DNA of 64,000 bases from a virus. How positions within the stretch are numbered: the stretch's first letter is position 1; the number at the start of each line of letters is the position of its first letter. The position numbers were made by a program, and so were the translations under genes. The notes beneath the pieces were generated by a model that was not told the DNA's origin, made no database searches, and saw nothing but the letters and a program-made list of their open reading frames with translations. Positions 49,458 to 59,269 of the stretch are shown here, one piece after another. The stretch covers positions 1-64,000 of the IMG/VR virus record IMGVR_UViG_3300027779_003464. One strand, written 5' to 3'.

Positions 49458-51452
49458 CTATTCTTCATAAGTACATGAACCATCATCAATTGTTGCTAAA
49501 GGATCAAAATTTAATGCTGTTGGGTCTGTACAACCGAATACGGCTTCTAAGAAGTGATCATCAGATTTAGATCTTGCTGCTATTGTCTTATCACTTCCGT
49601 CTTCAACGAATTCCTTATCCTGTGGACTTGCCTTCTTAATAAATTCCAATTCTACCTCTTCAACTATTAAATCATCTCTATCATCTAGTTGAGCTTTTGA
49701 TTTTTTCGCTTCCCCAGATTCAATAACGAACTCTTCTAATACTTTTTCTTCACCTAATACCTCTTCTACTTTTATAAGCTTTACATCTTGCTCTTCGTTT
49801 ACATAAATAGCTTCTTCTGTTCTAACTGCACCTTCTATTTCAGCATCTTTCACAACTGGTTCTTCTGCAGGAAAAACTTTATCTAATACTATCTTATCTA
49901 GATCAGAATTAACTGCTGCATCTGCAGCAGATGGCAGAGCAGGTAGTTTTTTTGGATCCCCTAATTCTAATTTGTCAGAAGGAGGAAGTTTTATACTAGC
50001 TATATCATTAGCTGCCATATAAGCTTCTAATGTTACAATTTCTGAAATATATGCTTGTTTTTCTTTATGCCTTTCGTCTGCTTCTTCACCAATTAAACTA
50101 GTTATAGTATATACATGTTTACCAGATAATACTTTATGTTCTTGAGCATCCGAATTCGGCCAGTTATATCTATATAAAATGTCGATTCCTTCACCTACTA
50201 ATTTTCCTACTTTTGAAGTAGTCCATACATTAGCTCCAATTGTAAACGATTTAGCATATATTCTAGCTTGATGTGCAAATAATTGGATATTTCCATCCGA
50301 TTCAGAAGCAAGTATATCTCCAAAATAATGAACAGTCGCCTCAAATATTCCATATCCAGAATAAGATTCCTCTATTACATTTTCTTGGCTTGGGTCAAGT
50401 TGAGCAATCAGACTTCTACCTTCAGTAAAATCATCCCTCATATGATTTACTCCTAAATAATTATTTAGCCATTCTAAATCACCTGATTGATCCTCATCTC
50501 CATCAACTAAGAATGTAATAAGATTTAGTTTTTTCTTTTTTGCAACCATATTAATTGATTGCAATGCTACAGTTTGATGATTTATATTAAGAGCTTGGTT
50601 ACCTGAAACATATGATATTTCTTGTTTACATTGCACAAACACCGTACTTGCTGCCTCCTTCATCGCGTCAGTAATAGTAATAGCTTCAGAAATAGATCCA
50701 ATTACTGCACTTGGAAGTAATTCATCGTGATTAATAATTTTAGTAGCGATGTCATTCCAACACTCATTTTTTCTAGTTTTATAATGACCATCAAAGGCAG
50801 CATCTTCAGCATTACCTTCAACGTCATTTCCAGCAAGCACATTAGCTGAAATATCTGCCAATATTTCAAGGCTATTAGCCATAGCTTGTATTGTTAATGC
50901 ACCATCCTCATTCTTAATAATGGCATCATTAATATAATCAATTTCCAGCAATCTTTCTTTAACGTCATCATTAACAGGTAAAAGATCAAATTCATTTACC
51001 ATTTTTTCTAATAACAATGTTATAGCTCCCTCTTTTGTTTTACCAGAATCCATAATTATCGATATAACAGTTGAAACGGGACTAACTATAAGAGTTCCTA
51101 TGGGTGCTTCTAATTCTCCAGTATATTCAAAACCAGTAAATGTATCTATTCCTCCAGTCACTTTTAATTTTCCTATTGGCAAAGACTTAACTCTAAATTT
51201 TCCAAGTGTATTGGTAGTATATGTTTCTCCAGACGCAATATCTGTAACTGTTGCTCCATGCAGAGGACCATCTAATGCTAATCCACCAATTCCACCGGCC
51301 GCGGATCCACCTACAGATCCAACTTTGGAACCACTTTCTTTTTTAGCAGCTTCAACCAGTCTCCATCTTGCCTGCTCTGCCATTTGTGCATTTTCCCAGT
51401 CTTCACGTAGTCTTCTTTCCTCAGGTGATTCGTCTGTTCTCCATAATATCAT
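49458..51452 (-). CDS. large acidic hypothetical protein, probably virion-associated
   Basis: DGPLHGATV beta-domain motif; C-terminal GCTDPTALNFDPLATIDDGSC module; late promoter at 51467-51481. Confidence 0.55.
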   Translation of the reverse strand: MILWRTDESPEERRLREDWENAQMAEQARWRLVEAAKKESGSKVGSVGGSAAGGIGGLALDGPLHGATVTDIASGETYTTNTLGKFRVKSLPIGKLKVTGGIDTFTGFEYTGELEAPIGTLIVSPVSTVISIIMDSGKTKEGAITLLLEKMVNEFDLLPVNDDVKERLLEIDYINDAIIKNEDGALTIQAMANSLEILADISANVLAGNDVEGNAEDAAFDGHYKTRKNECWNDIATKIINHDELLPSAVIGSISEAITITDAMKEAASTVFVQCKQEISYVSGNQALNINHQTVALQSINMVAKKKKLNLITFLVDGDEDQSGDLEWLNNYLGVNHMRDDFTEGRSLIAQLDPSQENVIEESYSGYGIFEATVHYFGDILASESDGNIQLFAHQARIYAKSFTIGANVWTTSKVGKLVGEGIDILYRYNWPNSDAQEHKVLSGKHVYTITSLIGEEADERHKEKQAYISEIVTLEAYMAANDIASIKLPPSDKLELGDPKKLPALPSAADAAVNSDLDKIVLDKVFPAEEPVVKDAEIEGAVRTEEAIYVNEEQDVKLIKVEEVLGEEKVLEEFVIESGEAKKSKAQLDDRDDLIVEEVELEFIKKASPQDKEFVEDGSDKTIAARSKSDDHFLEAVFGCTDPTALNFDPLATIDDGSCTYEE

Positions 51453-51544
51453 AATATAAGTATTATTTTTATTTATTTATCACTACAAAAATACAAGAAA
51501 ACCAAACCTATAACTATAAAATTGGTATTAGGAGTAAAGGTATA

Positions 51545-53254
51545 CTATATATTATCTAGGTATATAGTGCTGGGCTTAAGAACTTCAAACTTCTGATCTT
51601 TGTATATTTTATTTCTAGCTTCGGAATGCCTTACTGAATATCCATCCAGGTCGTCTATTATATCCCATATTACAACCTTATCTTTTCCTTTAAGGTATCT
51701 CATCCCTCTTCCTATTGCTTGTCGTATAGTAATCTCTGCCTTAGTAGATTCGGCAAATATTATATTATGAACATTCTTAAGATCTATACCTGTCGCGAAA
51801 GTTCCATATGATGCAACTATCACAACATCATTATATTTTTCCATATTTTCCTTAAATTCTTCTCTAAATGAGTTTTCAACTGTCCCGTCAATATAATAAG
51901 TTCTGTCATTCCACTCCTTTATAGTATTACTTATATTGATACCATACTCATCTTTAACATTTGAAAAAAGAATTAAAGTATTTTTACCAAGCTTTTTAAT
52001 TAAGGTACTTATAAAACCTAGCCGCTGTTTACTATCAAAAATTATTCCCTTTTCTATCTCAAGCATATTTTTACCAAAATCTTTAGGGTCATTGAATTGG
52101 CTTTTAATCTTATTTCTAAGTTCACTATCTCTTTGAACCTTTAAATATTCTGATACAGCAGGGTGATCTTCGTTATATTTTAAGTATACTTGTTTTATTT
52201 TTACGCTTGGAGAATATTTATTGTCCTGTAGAAATTTTGCATCCAACATCATCACTAGAGGTCCCATATTTTCTTGCATCTTAAAGAAGTCTGAGTATTC
52301 AACATCCATCTTTAAGGTTCCAGATAATCCCAGCTTATACTCCCATTCTTTACATGATTTTAATATATCTGAAATAGAGTCTCCTCTAGATTTATGCGCT
52401 TCATCTATACATACTACTTTAAAACTAGAACATAAGTCTAATATTTTTGCCCCACTAAGTTTCTTCTTTAATTTAGTTATTTCAGCCGCCCTCTTATCTT
52501 CATCTTCCTTCTTTACTCTCTTCTTTATTAATTTTTCTAATCTCTTGTCTATACATATTGGAATCATATTAATTAAACTTTGATATGTTGTAATTAATAT
52601 ATTGCATTCATTAAATTCCTCTAAGTTAAAATCATTATCAGATCCTCCTATTTTATGTATATTCCACTTCACCGTTCCATTATTATATTGATTAAATGCT
52701 TTAGCTGTTTGGTTAACTAATGTAATATTTGGCACAACAAGTAGAGCTTTTGATTCAGTGTTAGTTATATTATTATTATTTAAATAAGAACAAAAAGTAT
52801 AGAATAAAGCAGTTTTACCTGCTGATGTTGCTAATTCTTGACAACAAAATTTATTTTTTAAAGCTCGATATGCACCTTCTTTTTGATAATCTCTTGGATA
52901 AAAAGGTTCCCCTTTATCCGTCTTTATTCCTTTAAATAAAATATCAACAAAATCCTCATATTCTTCTTTATTAAAGGACGGAGGAATTATGTTATCTATT
53001 CCATTAATTTTTACCTCTATTCCTGTTTTTTTAGAAAAACTGTATACCTCTTTCCATAATTCTATTTTAATTATCCCCTGTTTAGTTATAAAATGATCGA
53101 GGCCATCCCATATTCCTCTTTTTACAAGAATATTAAACTTAGCATCTTTGGATTTCTTTTGAAAATGTTTGAATATTGCTTTCTTTTCAGAATTAAGAGA
53201 CCACTCTGAAACCTTTAAAAATTTTTGGTTATCTGATATTTCTAAAGTTATCAT
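51545..53254 (-). CDS. uvsW: UvsW-like SF2 helicase
   Basis: WDG, PRDYQ, ATSAGKT, DEAH, GLSGT, ASYGTFATGID, QAIGRGMR. Confidence 0.9.
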   Translation of the reverse strand: MITLEISDNQKFLKVSEWSLNSEKKAIFKHFQKKSKDAKFNILVKRGIWDGLDHFITKQGIIKIELWKEVYSFSKKTGIEVKINGIDNIIPPSFNKEEYEDFVDILFKGIKTDKGEPFYPRDYQKEGAYRALKNKFCCQELATSAGKTALFYTFCSYLNNNNITNTESKALLVVPNITLVNQTAKAFNQYNNGTVKWNIHKIGGSDNDFNLEEFNECNILITTYQSLINMIPICIDKRLEKLIKKRVKKEDEDKRAAEITKLKKKLSGAKILDLCSSFKVVCIDEAHKSRGDSISDILKSCKEWEYKLGLSGTLKMDVEYSDFFKMQENMGPLVMMLDAKFLQDNKYSPSVKIKQVYLKYNEDHPAVSEYLKVQRDSELRNKIKSQFNDPKDFGKNMLEIEKGIIFDSKQRLGFISTLIKKLGKNTLILFSNVKDEYGINISNTIKEWNDRTYYIDGTVENSFREEFKENMEKYNDVVIVASYGTFATGIDLKNVHNIIFAESTKAEITIRQAIGRGMRYLKGKDKVVIWDIIDDLDGYSVRHSEARNKIYKDQKFEVLKPSTIYLDNI

Positions 53255-53261
53255 ATATCAT

Positions 53262-53690
53262 TTATATACCTAGAGTTTTTTCTATTTCTACTCTAGTCTT
53301 TATTCCAAACAGTACATTATCTACTGTCTTAATAGTATCTGTAAAAAAGGATATTTGATTTTCAATTAAGTCTAGTGACTCTTTTGTATCAGCGGTTTTT
53401 CCATCAATTATAGCATTCTTCTCATTGTACTGGTATCGCTGTTGTAGATTTGTAGATATTTGTTCCATATGTCTACTTCTTTCAGATCTATACTTTTTAC
53501 GTAAAATAGAAGAGTGTTCCAATAATGTATGGCTATCTTCTAATAGTCTTTGTCTTAAGGATAACATTAGAATTTGTACATCCTTTAAATTTTTAAAATT
53601 TCCCATAGTTTCGACACAATTAAGTATCTCAAGCGAAATCTCTTCTCTTTTTTTCTTAAAGGATGCTGAAATTTGATCTATTTTTGACAT
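53262..53690 (-). CDS. UvsY-like recombination mediator (helical)
   Basis: Size, helical pattern, FGIKTRVE C-terminus and adjacency to uvsW as in T4; promoter AAAC-N16-GTAAAA at 53710-53735 (minus). Confidence 0.55.
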   Translation of the reverse strand: MSKIDQISASFKKKREEISLEILNCVETMGNFKNLKDVQILMLSLRQRLLEDSHTLLEHSSILRKKYRSERSRHMEQISTNLQQRYQYNEKNAIIDGKTADTKESLDLIENQISFFTDTIKTVDNVLFGIKTRVEIEKTLGI

Positions 53691-53755
53691 GAAATAAATA
53701 TTTTAAATATTTTACTCACGTTTATGATAGGGTTTTTAGAAATTAGGATAAAATA

Positions 53756-54019
53756 TTATATTTCTTCTTCCTCTGAGTCATCTGGTTTAGTTGATTTATT
53801 TGGCGCCCATCTTTCAGCTCCAACAATTCCTAATCCAGCAATAACTATATACATCACAGAAGAAAATATAAATTCTTCTATTGTAAAATCAAAAAATAAG
53901 TTCGCAAAGAATCCAATTATTACCAAAACAAATGATAATAAGGTTATCAATCTTTTAGATGATATCTTAGATCCATCCGATAGTAAATCGTTCATGAAAT
54001 TTTTCTTTTTTCTAGCCAT
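53756..54019 (-). CDS. two-TM membrane protein, holin-like
   Basis: ISSKR followed by two TM helices and a charged tail. Confidence 0.5.
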   Translation of the reverse strand: MARKKKNFMNDLLSDGSKISSKRLITLLSFVLVIIGFFANLFFDFTIEEFIFSSVMYIVIAGLGIVGAERWAPNKSTKPDDSEEEEI

Positions 54020-54040
54020 TTTGTGTTGTGTTTTTTTAAT

Positions 54041-54523
54041 TTAGTTAATTAATCTATAATATGTAGATTCAAACTTATAGTAATCATCTCCTCCGATATC
54101 ATCTGGAGTTCTACTTGTTATTATTTCTCCGCCATATTCCATGGATTCTCCTCCAGCATAAAGAGTAGATTCGGCTTGTCCCATTTTTCCGACAATTATT
54201 CTTTTAATATCGTAGTTTTTAATCAATGATTTAACTTTATCTATTAATTTATCACTTTCTTCAAATATAAAAAGACTAGGATACTTATTTACTTTTAATT
54301 TTCCTTCACCATCACCTAGATAATATCTTTGCTTAACATATGATTCGTCATATACTTCATTTTCTATACATAAGTCCCTAGACTCTGAATCATTAAAGTC
54401 AATTATAATATAAGGCAAGCGAGATTGAAATCTATCTCTAAGGTCCGACCATCCCTTAGAACTTCCAGTATCAGATCCTTCCCCATCTACATAGTCCTCG
54501 AAGAGTTTTAAATATTTAGTCAC
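54041..54523 (-). CDS. hypothetical protein, candidate internal head protein
   Basis: Late motif at 54538-54551 overlaps the track start, so GTG 54523 (MTKYLKLFEDYV) is the likelier start. Confidence 0.55.
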   Translation of the reverse strand: MTKYLKLFEDYVDGEGSDTGSSKGWSDLRDRFQSRLPYIIIDFNDSESRDLCIENEVYDESYVKQRYYLGDGEGKLKVNKYPSLFIFEESDKLIDKVKSLIKNYDIKRIIVGKMGQAESTLYAGGESMEYGGEIITSRTPDDIGGDDYYKFESTYYRLIN

Positions 54524-54579
54524 TATTTCTTGAAACTTTTTATTATTTATCAATAAAATATTATTGAAATCTAATTAAT

Positions 54580-55176
54580 ATGATAGTTTTAATCGAAGGA
54601 CCCAGGGGAGCTGGCAAATCACATCTAGTAAATAATTTCTTCAAAGGAAATAATAATCAAAATATTTTATACTATAAGTTTGCTTTTTCTGATTATATCA
54701 AAAAATTACGAATAGAAGATCATGAATCTGGTCCAGGGGTACATTATTTTAGTATATCTAATATATTAACAATACTTGGAATATCATCAACTTTCTTTAA
54801 AGATAAATGTATAGTATTCGATAGATCAATATTCTCAGCTTACGTTTGGTCAATATATAGAAAAAGAATGGGAAAGGATAGGTTGATTAGTGAATTCGAT
54901 AAAATATTAAAAGATATTGAGTATAATAATTGTAAACTGATATATTTAACTAGAGATAGCTCGATATCTAGCATATCTAGGACGAAAGAAGATGTATTTA
55001 GTGAATATGAAAACTATTCAGAAGAAAAGTTAATATTTGATATGGTACTATCTAAATTTAAGAATCACACATCGGATAAAAATAGAAATAATGAATTTTT
55101 TGAATTTGTAAATAAATTTGATCAAGATAGTGAAGAAGAATTTAATCGTTTATTAAAAAATATCACAGATAAATAA
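54580..55176 (+). CDS. dNMP/thymidylate kinase-like P-loop kinase
   Basis: IEGPRGAGKS, VFDRSIFS.YVW. Confidence 0.7.
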   Translation: MIVLIEGPRGAGKSHLVNNFFKGNNNQNILYYKFAFSDYIKKLRIEDHESGPGVHYFSISNILTILGISSTFFKDKCIVFDRSIFSAYVWSIYRKRMGKDRLISEFDKILKDIEYNNCKLIYLTRDSSISSISRTKEDVFSEYENYSEEKLIFDMVLSKFKNHTSDKNRNNEFFEFVNKFDQDSEEEFNRLLKNITDK

Positions 55177-55194
55177 TAAAAAATCTTACGTATA

Positions 55195-55728
55195 GTGAAA
55201 AATCGTGTAAATAAATTTAAAGATTATGAGCATCTTAATGAGGATGATGGTAAACAAACTCCTCTGCGAGGATATACCGCATCTGTTATGATATCAAGAA
55301 TAGAGCAATTAATGGAAGTTATGCCAGACCGAATTAAGTTTGGAGTTCCGGCGGATATTAAAGGATATTCTACGTCATATAGAGATGCAAATGGTGCTAT
55401 TCAAAAAATTATGGACATAAGCCATTACTATTCTGGAAAAGGAGAAGATGTTTCTTTCTACTGTTGGAATGTTAGCTACTCAGGAAGCTGGGATGCAACC
55501 AAAGGACTAAGAGCTAAAATTGATGAATTTGGCGGATTTGGTAGAGAACAAAATATGAATCTAAAAAAAGTAGTTGAATATTTTGGAGATAATACTGAGG
55601 ATGCTGATAACGTGAGAAGTCTATCAATATCTATAGATACTATGTCAATTAGAAAAGCAACAAATAAACAATCAGAAGCAGAAGAGACTCCACCATCTAG
55701 AGAACCTATTGAAGATAGTGAAGTTTAA
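55195..55728 (+). CDS. hypothetical protein, candidate internal head protein
   Basis: Late promoter at 55168-55181; N-terminal MKNRVNKFKDYEHLNE tag. Confidence 0.55.
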   Translation: MKNRVNKFKDYEHLNEDDGKQTPLRGYTASVMISRIEQLMEVMPDRIKFGVPADIKGYSTSYRDANGAIQKIMDISHYYSGKGEDVSFYCWNVSYSGSWDATKGLRAKIDEFGGFGREQNMNLKKVVEYFGDNTEDADNVRSLSISIDTMSIRKATNKQSEAEETPPSREPIEDSEV

Positions 55729-55749
55729 TATTTAAATATTAACGCGAAC

Positions 55750-57549
55750 ATGGCTGGAATAAATCATTTAAAGCAAATAAAAGAAAGGAAAGGAGACGAC
55801 TTTTTAAATAGTCTACTTAATAATTATGTTATCATTAATAAGAAAACAGACGGCACTTTCTTTGGTATGAAGAAGGATAAAGATACTGATTCCTTTAAAT
55901 ACTATAAAAAAGCTGGAGAAATTACTTATGTCGATAGAATGTTAATGAAATATTATAATCCGGCAATATCACACTTTGAAAAGCTAGATAAAGATAAAAA
56001 ACAAAGAATCCCTTCTAATTTCTATTTTGGATTTGAATATATGACTAAAAAAGATTCTAATTCTAATAATAGAATAGTATTATCATATATTCATAGATTA
56101 GATGACGAAGGAAAACCTATTGAAACATTTCAAACTAAGCAAGACTTAGAAAAGTGGGCATATTATTTAGGGGTAGATAATCCTCCAATATTATTCGAAG
56201 GAATGCTAGATGATAGTCAAAAGACTAAAATACTAGAATTTGTATACTCGCCATATGAAGAATTAGTAGAAAAATTTAAAACTACGTCATTTAGTAAATA
56301 TATTATTTCTATGTTATCGGAAGATCACGAAGATTCAAAGTCTGATACTGAAGATTTAGATATAAGTAGTATTATATTTAGATTTTATGATGAAAATGAT
56401 GAAAACCCAAAGCAATCTGCCTTTTTAGCTAAAATAGTAGATCCCTTATTTCAAGAATCTAATAAGTCAAATAAGCAAGAAAATCCTAAAAAATCAAGTG
56501 ACTATATTTGGTTAATTGTAATTGATTTAATGAATCATATAGAGATGTTTAGTGAGGATGATCTAAAAAACATGTGCGGCGATACTGAGTCATATGACTC
56601 TAAGTATATCGGATTAATTAACGGCATATTTAAAGAATTTATATCGACTTATGAATATAAGTATGATGGATTGGTTCTAGATATTCCAGAATACCTAAAA
56701 AGAGAAGAATTTGATGTAGATTATAGCTTAATAAATGATGCGAAAGTAACAGATCTAATTAAAGAAAATTCTACGTATCGAGAAATATATCGTATTCTAA
56801 TAAACTTCTTTAGAAAAGTAAGAAGGAAATCATCAGCTCCCTTTTTTAATGAAGAGCTAATAGCTCAATTAAACATACAAGTTGGTAAAATAAAAAGAAT
56901 TGTAATGGGAGACGTGTTATATGAGGGACTATTTCCGTCATTTAACGAATATATTGGAGCAGATATCAATGACCATATATATGTTGGGGAGCATGAAAAT
57001 TTTATAAAGACTAAAAATAAAAAAATAGAACCAATAAAGGTAAACTTATTAATTGGCAAATTTCAACCAATTAATAACGGACATATTAAAGCGGCAGAAA
57101 GCCTACTTAATAAAAATAACCATCCTTGTATATTTGTTTCTGTTATGAATACGCCGAACCCAATATTTAGTGAAAAATCAGTAAATATTATGCTTAAAAA
57201 GGTTCAACAGGAATATTCTAACGTTATAAAAGACGTTAAAATAGTAAAAGATTCATCAATAAAGAATATATTGAAGTCAATTATGCCAGAATACGAGCCT
57301 ATCTTATGGGCATCGGGCTCATCTAAGATAAAGGACTATGCTTTACAATTAGAATATATTAAAAACAAAGATATCCCATTAAGGATATCCAATAGTTTAA
57401 GATTAATTGAAATTCCATCCTATTATAAATCTAAGGATGTAATATCTGCAATTAATAGCTTAGATTTTAATAAATTCAAAGAAATGGTACCAAAAAGCAT
57501 AGCTTCAGAGTTTTTTAACCTACAACGGGAAATGGAAAGCAATAGGTAA
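55750..57549 (+). CDS. RNA-ligase-like domain fused to a cytidylyltransferase-like domain
   Basis: N-terminal KKTDGT (KxDG-like), FGFEY, PILFEG; C-terminal IGKFQPINNGHIK (degenerate HxGH). Confidence 0.55.
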   Translation: MAGINHLKQIKERKGDDFLNSLLNNYVIINKKTDGTFFGMKKDKDTDSFKYYKKAGEITYVDRMLMKYYNPAISHFEKLDKDKKQRIPSNFYFGFEYMTKKDSNSNNRIVLSYIHRLDDEGKPIETFQTKQDLEKWAYYLGVDNPPILFEGMLDDSQKTKILEFVYSPYEELVEKFKTTSFSKYIISMLSEDHEDSKSDTEDLDISSIIFRFYDENDENPKQSAFLAKIVDPLFQESNKSNKQENPKKSSDYIWLIVIDLMNHIEMFSEDDLKNMCGDTESYDSKYIGLINGIFKEFISTYEYKYDGLVLDIPEYLKREEFDVDYSLINDAKVTDLIKENSTYREIYRILINFFRKVRRKSSAPFFNEELIAQLNIQVGKIKRIVMGDVLYEGLFPSFNEYIGADINDHIYVGEHENFIKTKNKKIEPIKVNLLIGKFQPINNGHIKAAESLLNKNNHPCIFVSVMNTPNPIFSEKSVNIMLKKVQQEYSNVIKDVKIVKDSSIKNILKSIMPEYEPILWASGSSKIKDYALQLEYIKNKDIPLRISNSLRLIEIPSYYKSKDVISAINSLDFNKFKEMVPKSIASEFFNLQREMESNR

Positions 57550-57598
57550 TAATTAAAACCTGGCGCTTCTTAATGATATAATATAACAAAAATACTTT

Positions 57599-59269
57599 AT
57601 GAGATTTAAAGAATTAACACAAAAAGATAAGGACTTTTTCAAGCAAACATACCTTGATAAAACATATAAGTGGGATCAAAGAATAAGCATATTAATGGAA
57701 TATGCTGGAGTATCTAGACGTACTATACAAAAATGGCTTTCTAAACTTGAGCTAACTTCGTACATAGAGGCAGAATCCCCGGAGCTTATTAAAGCAAAGG
57801 AAAAGAAATTTGATAAAAAGAAGAAAAGATTTATTATATCTTGGGCACAGAATAATACTCCGATTCATGAAAAATTTCTAAATAACATTGAAGGGTACGC
57901 TGAGTATATAGATGCGAGTATACATATAATTGCAGGCAGATATAGAAATCCTACTTCGATATTCACTGATAGTAAAAAAGATATTTGGCACGATAGAGTA
58001 ATACAATATTTAGATGCAGCGAGACATGATGTTCATGAGTATGTATCTATAATGTCAGATGTTAAAATTCAACCGACGGCAATTAATCCAATGACTGGTT
58101 TACAAGGAATGAGTGGAATAAATTCTTGTGTATTCGGTTCTCCTAAAACTCAATTTATAACTATTCCAGTATTGGAAGGATGTAAGCCAAAGGCAATGGT
58201 TACTACTGGCGCATGTACTGTTAAAAATTATACAGATTCTAAATCTGGTAAAAAAGGAGAATTTCACCATACTCTAGGATTTGTTGTTGTTGAAATAAAA
58301 GATAACGAAACGTTTTTTATTAGACAAGTCACAGCAATGGAAGATGGAAGTTTTACCGATCTATACTATGACATATCATTTAATGGATCAGAAGATCCTA
58401 TTGAGTTCGACACTAAAACTGAAGAGATAAATTGGTCCACTTCTAATTTTGGAGCTGAGCCAATTAAATTAAATGGAGAATCTATAGTTTCTAAAATTAA
58501 AGAAATAGATGCATGTGTTCTTGGAGATATACATTATGGACATGAAGATGGCGAAGTAATGTCATCAACCTTTAAAATGCTAGATATTCTTAAACCAAGT
58601 CATGTAATTTTACATGATGTATTTGACGGAAGCTCAATAAGCCACCATCAAATGAAAGATCCTTTTATTCAATATAGAAAGGAAAAGCATGGAACTAATA
58701 ATTTGAAAAAGGAAGTAGATTACATGATAGATGAACTTTCTAAATTTAAAAAGTTTAAAAATGTAATAATTGTTAGAAGTAATCACGATGATTTTGTAGA
58801 TAGGTGGTTAAAAAATACAGATTGGAAAAAACAACCAAGCTATATTAATTCTCCAGAATATATGAGATATAGCCAAATATTATTAACTCAATATGCAGGA
58901 GAAGGAGAAGTAAAAGGAGTTATCCCCGCTCTTATAAATGAAGAATATCCAGAATACATTACATTAGGAAGATCTGAAAGCTATAAAGTCAATGGTTGGG
59001 AAGTAGGTCAACATGGAGACGTAGGATCAGGCGGAAGTAGAGGATCTTTACAGCAATTTAGAAAACTAAATACTAAAATTATAGTTGGACACTATCATTC
59101 TCCTGGTAGATTTGATGGAGCTCTTGCTGTTGGGACGTCATCTAATTTAAGGGTTGGATATAATCTTGGACCGAGTGGATGGTTGCAATCCCATGTTATT
59201 ATACATAAAAATGGAAAGGCTCAGCATATTAATTTTATAGACGGAGAATATACTACGTTAAAATATTAA
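57599..59269 (+). CDS. HTH + calcineurin-like metallophosphoesterase
   Basis: AGVSRRTIQKW HTH; GDIH, HDVFDG, SNHD, QHGD, GHYH; promoter-like AAAC-N16-ATATAA at 57556-57581. Confidence 0.75.
   Translation: MRFKELTQKDKDFFKQTYLDKTYKWDQRISILMEYAGVSRRTIQKWLSKLELTSYIEAESPELIKAKEKKFDKKKKRFIISWAQNNTPIHEKFLNNIEGYAEYIDASIHIIAGRYRNPTSIFTDSKKDIWHDRVIQYLDAARHDVHEYVSIMSDVKIQPTAINPMTGLQGMSGINSCVFGSPKTQFITIPVLEGCKPKAMVTTGACTVKNYTDSKSGKKGEFHHTLGFVVVEIKDNETFFIRQVTAMEDGSFTDLYYDISFNGSEDPIEFDTKTEEINWSTSNFGAEPIKLNGESIVSKIKEIDACVLGDIHYGHEDGEVMSSTFKMLDILKPSHVILHDVFDGSSISHHQMKDPFIQYRKEKHGTNNLKKEVDYMIDELSKFKKFKNVIIVRSNHDDFVDRWLKNTDWKKQPSYINSPEYMRYSQILLTQYAGEGEVKGVIPALINEEYPEYITLGRSESYKVNGWEVGQHGDVGSGGSRGSLQQFRKLNTKIIVGHYHSPGRFDGALAVGTSSNLRVGYNLGPSGWLQSHVIIHKNGKAQHINFIDGEYTTLKY

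Noticed and set aside
59049-59056. Another TACAGCAA occurrence
   Set aside because: Lies inside the phosphoesterase CDS (SLQQF) without a convincing closing stem; treated as chance
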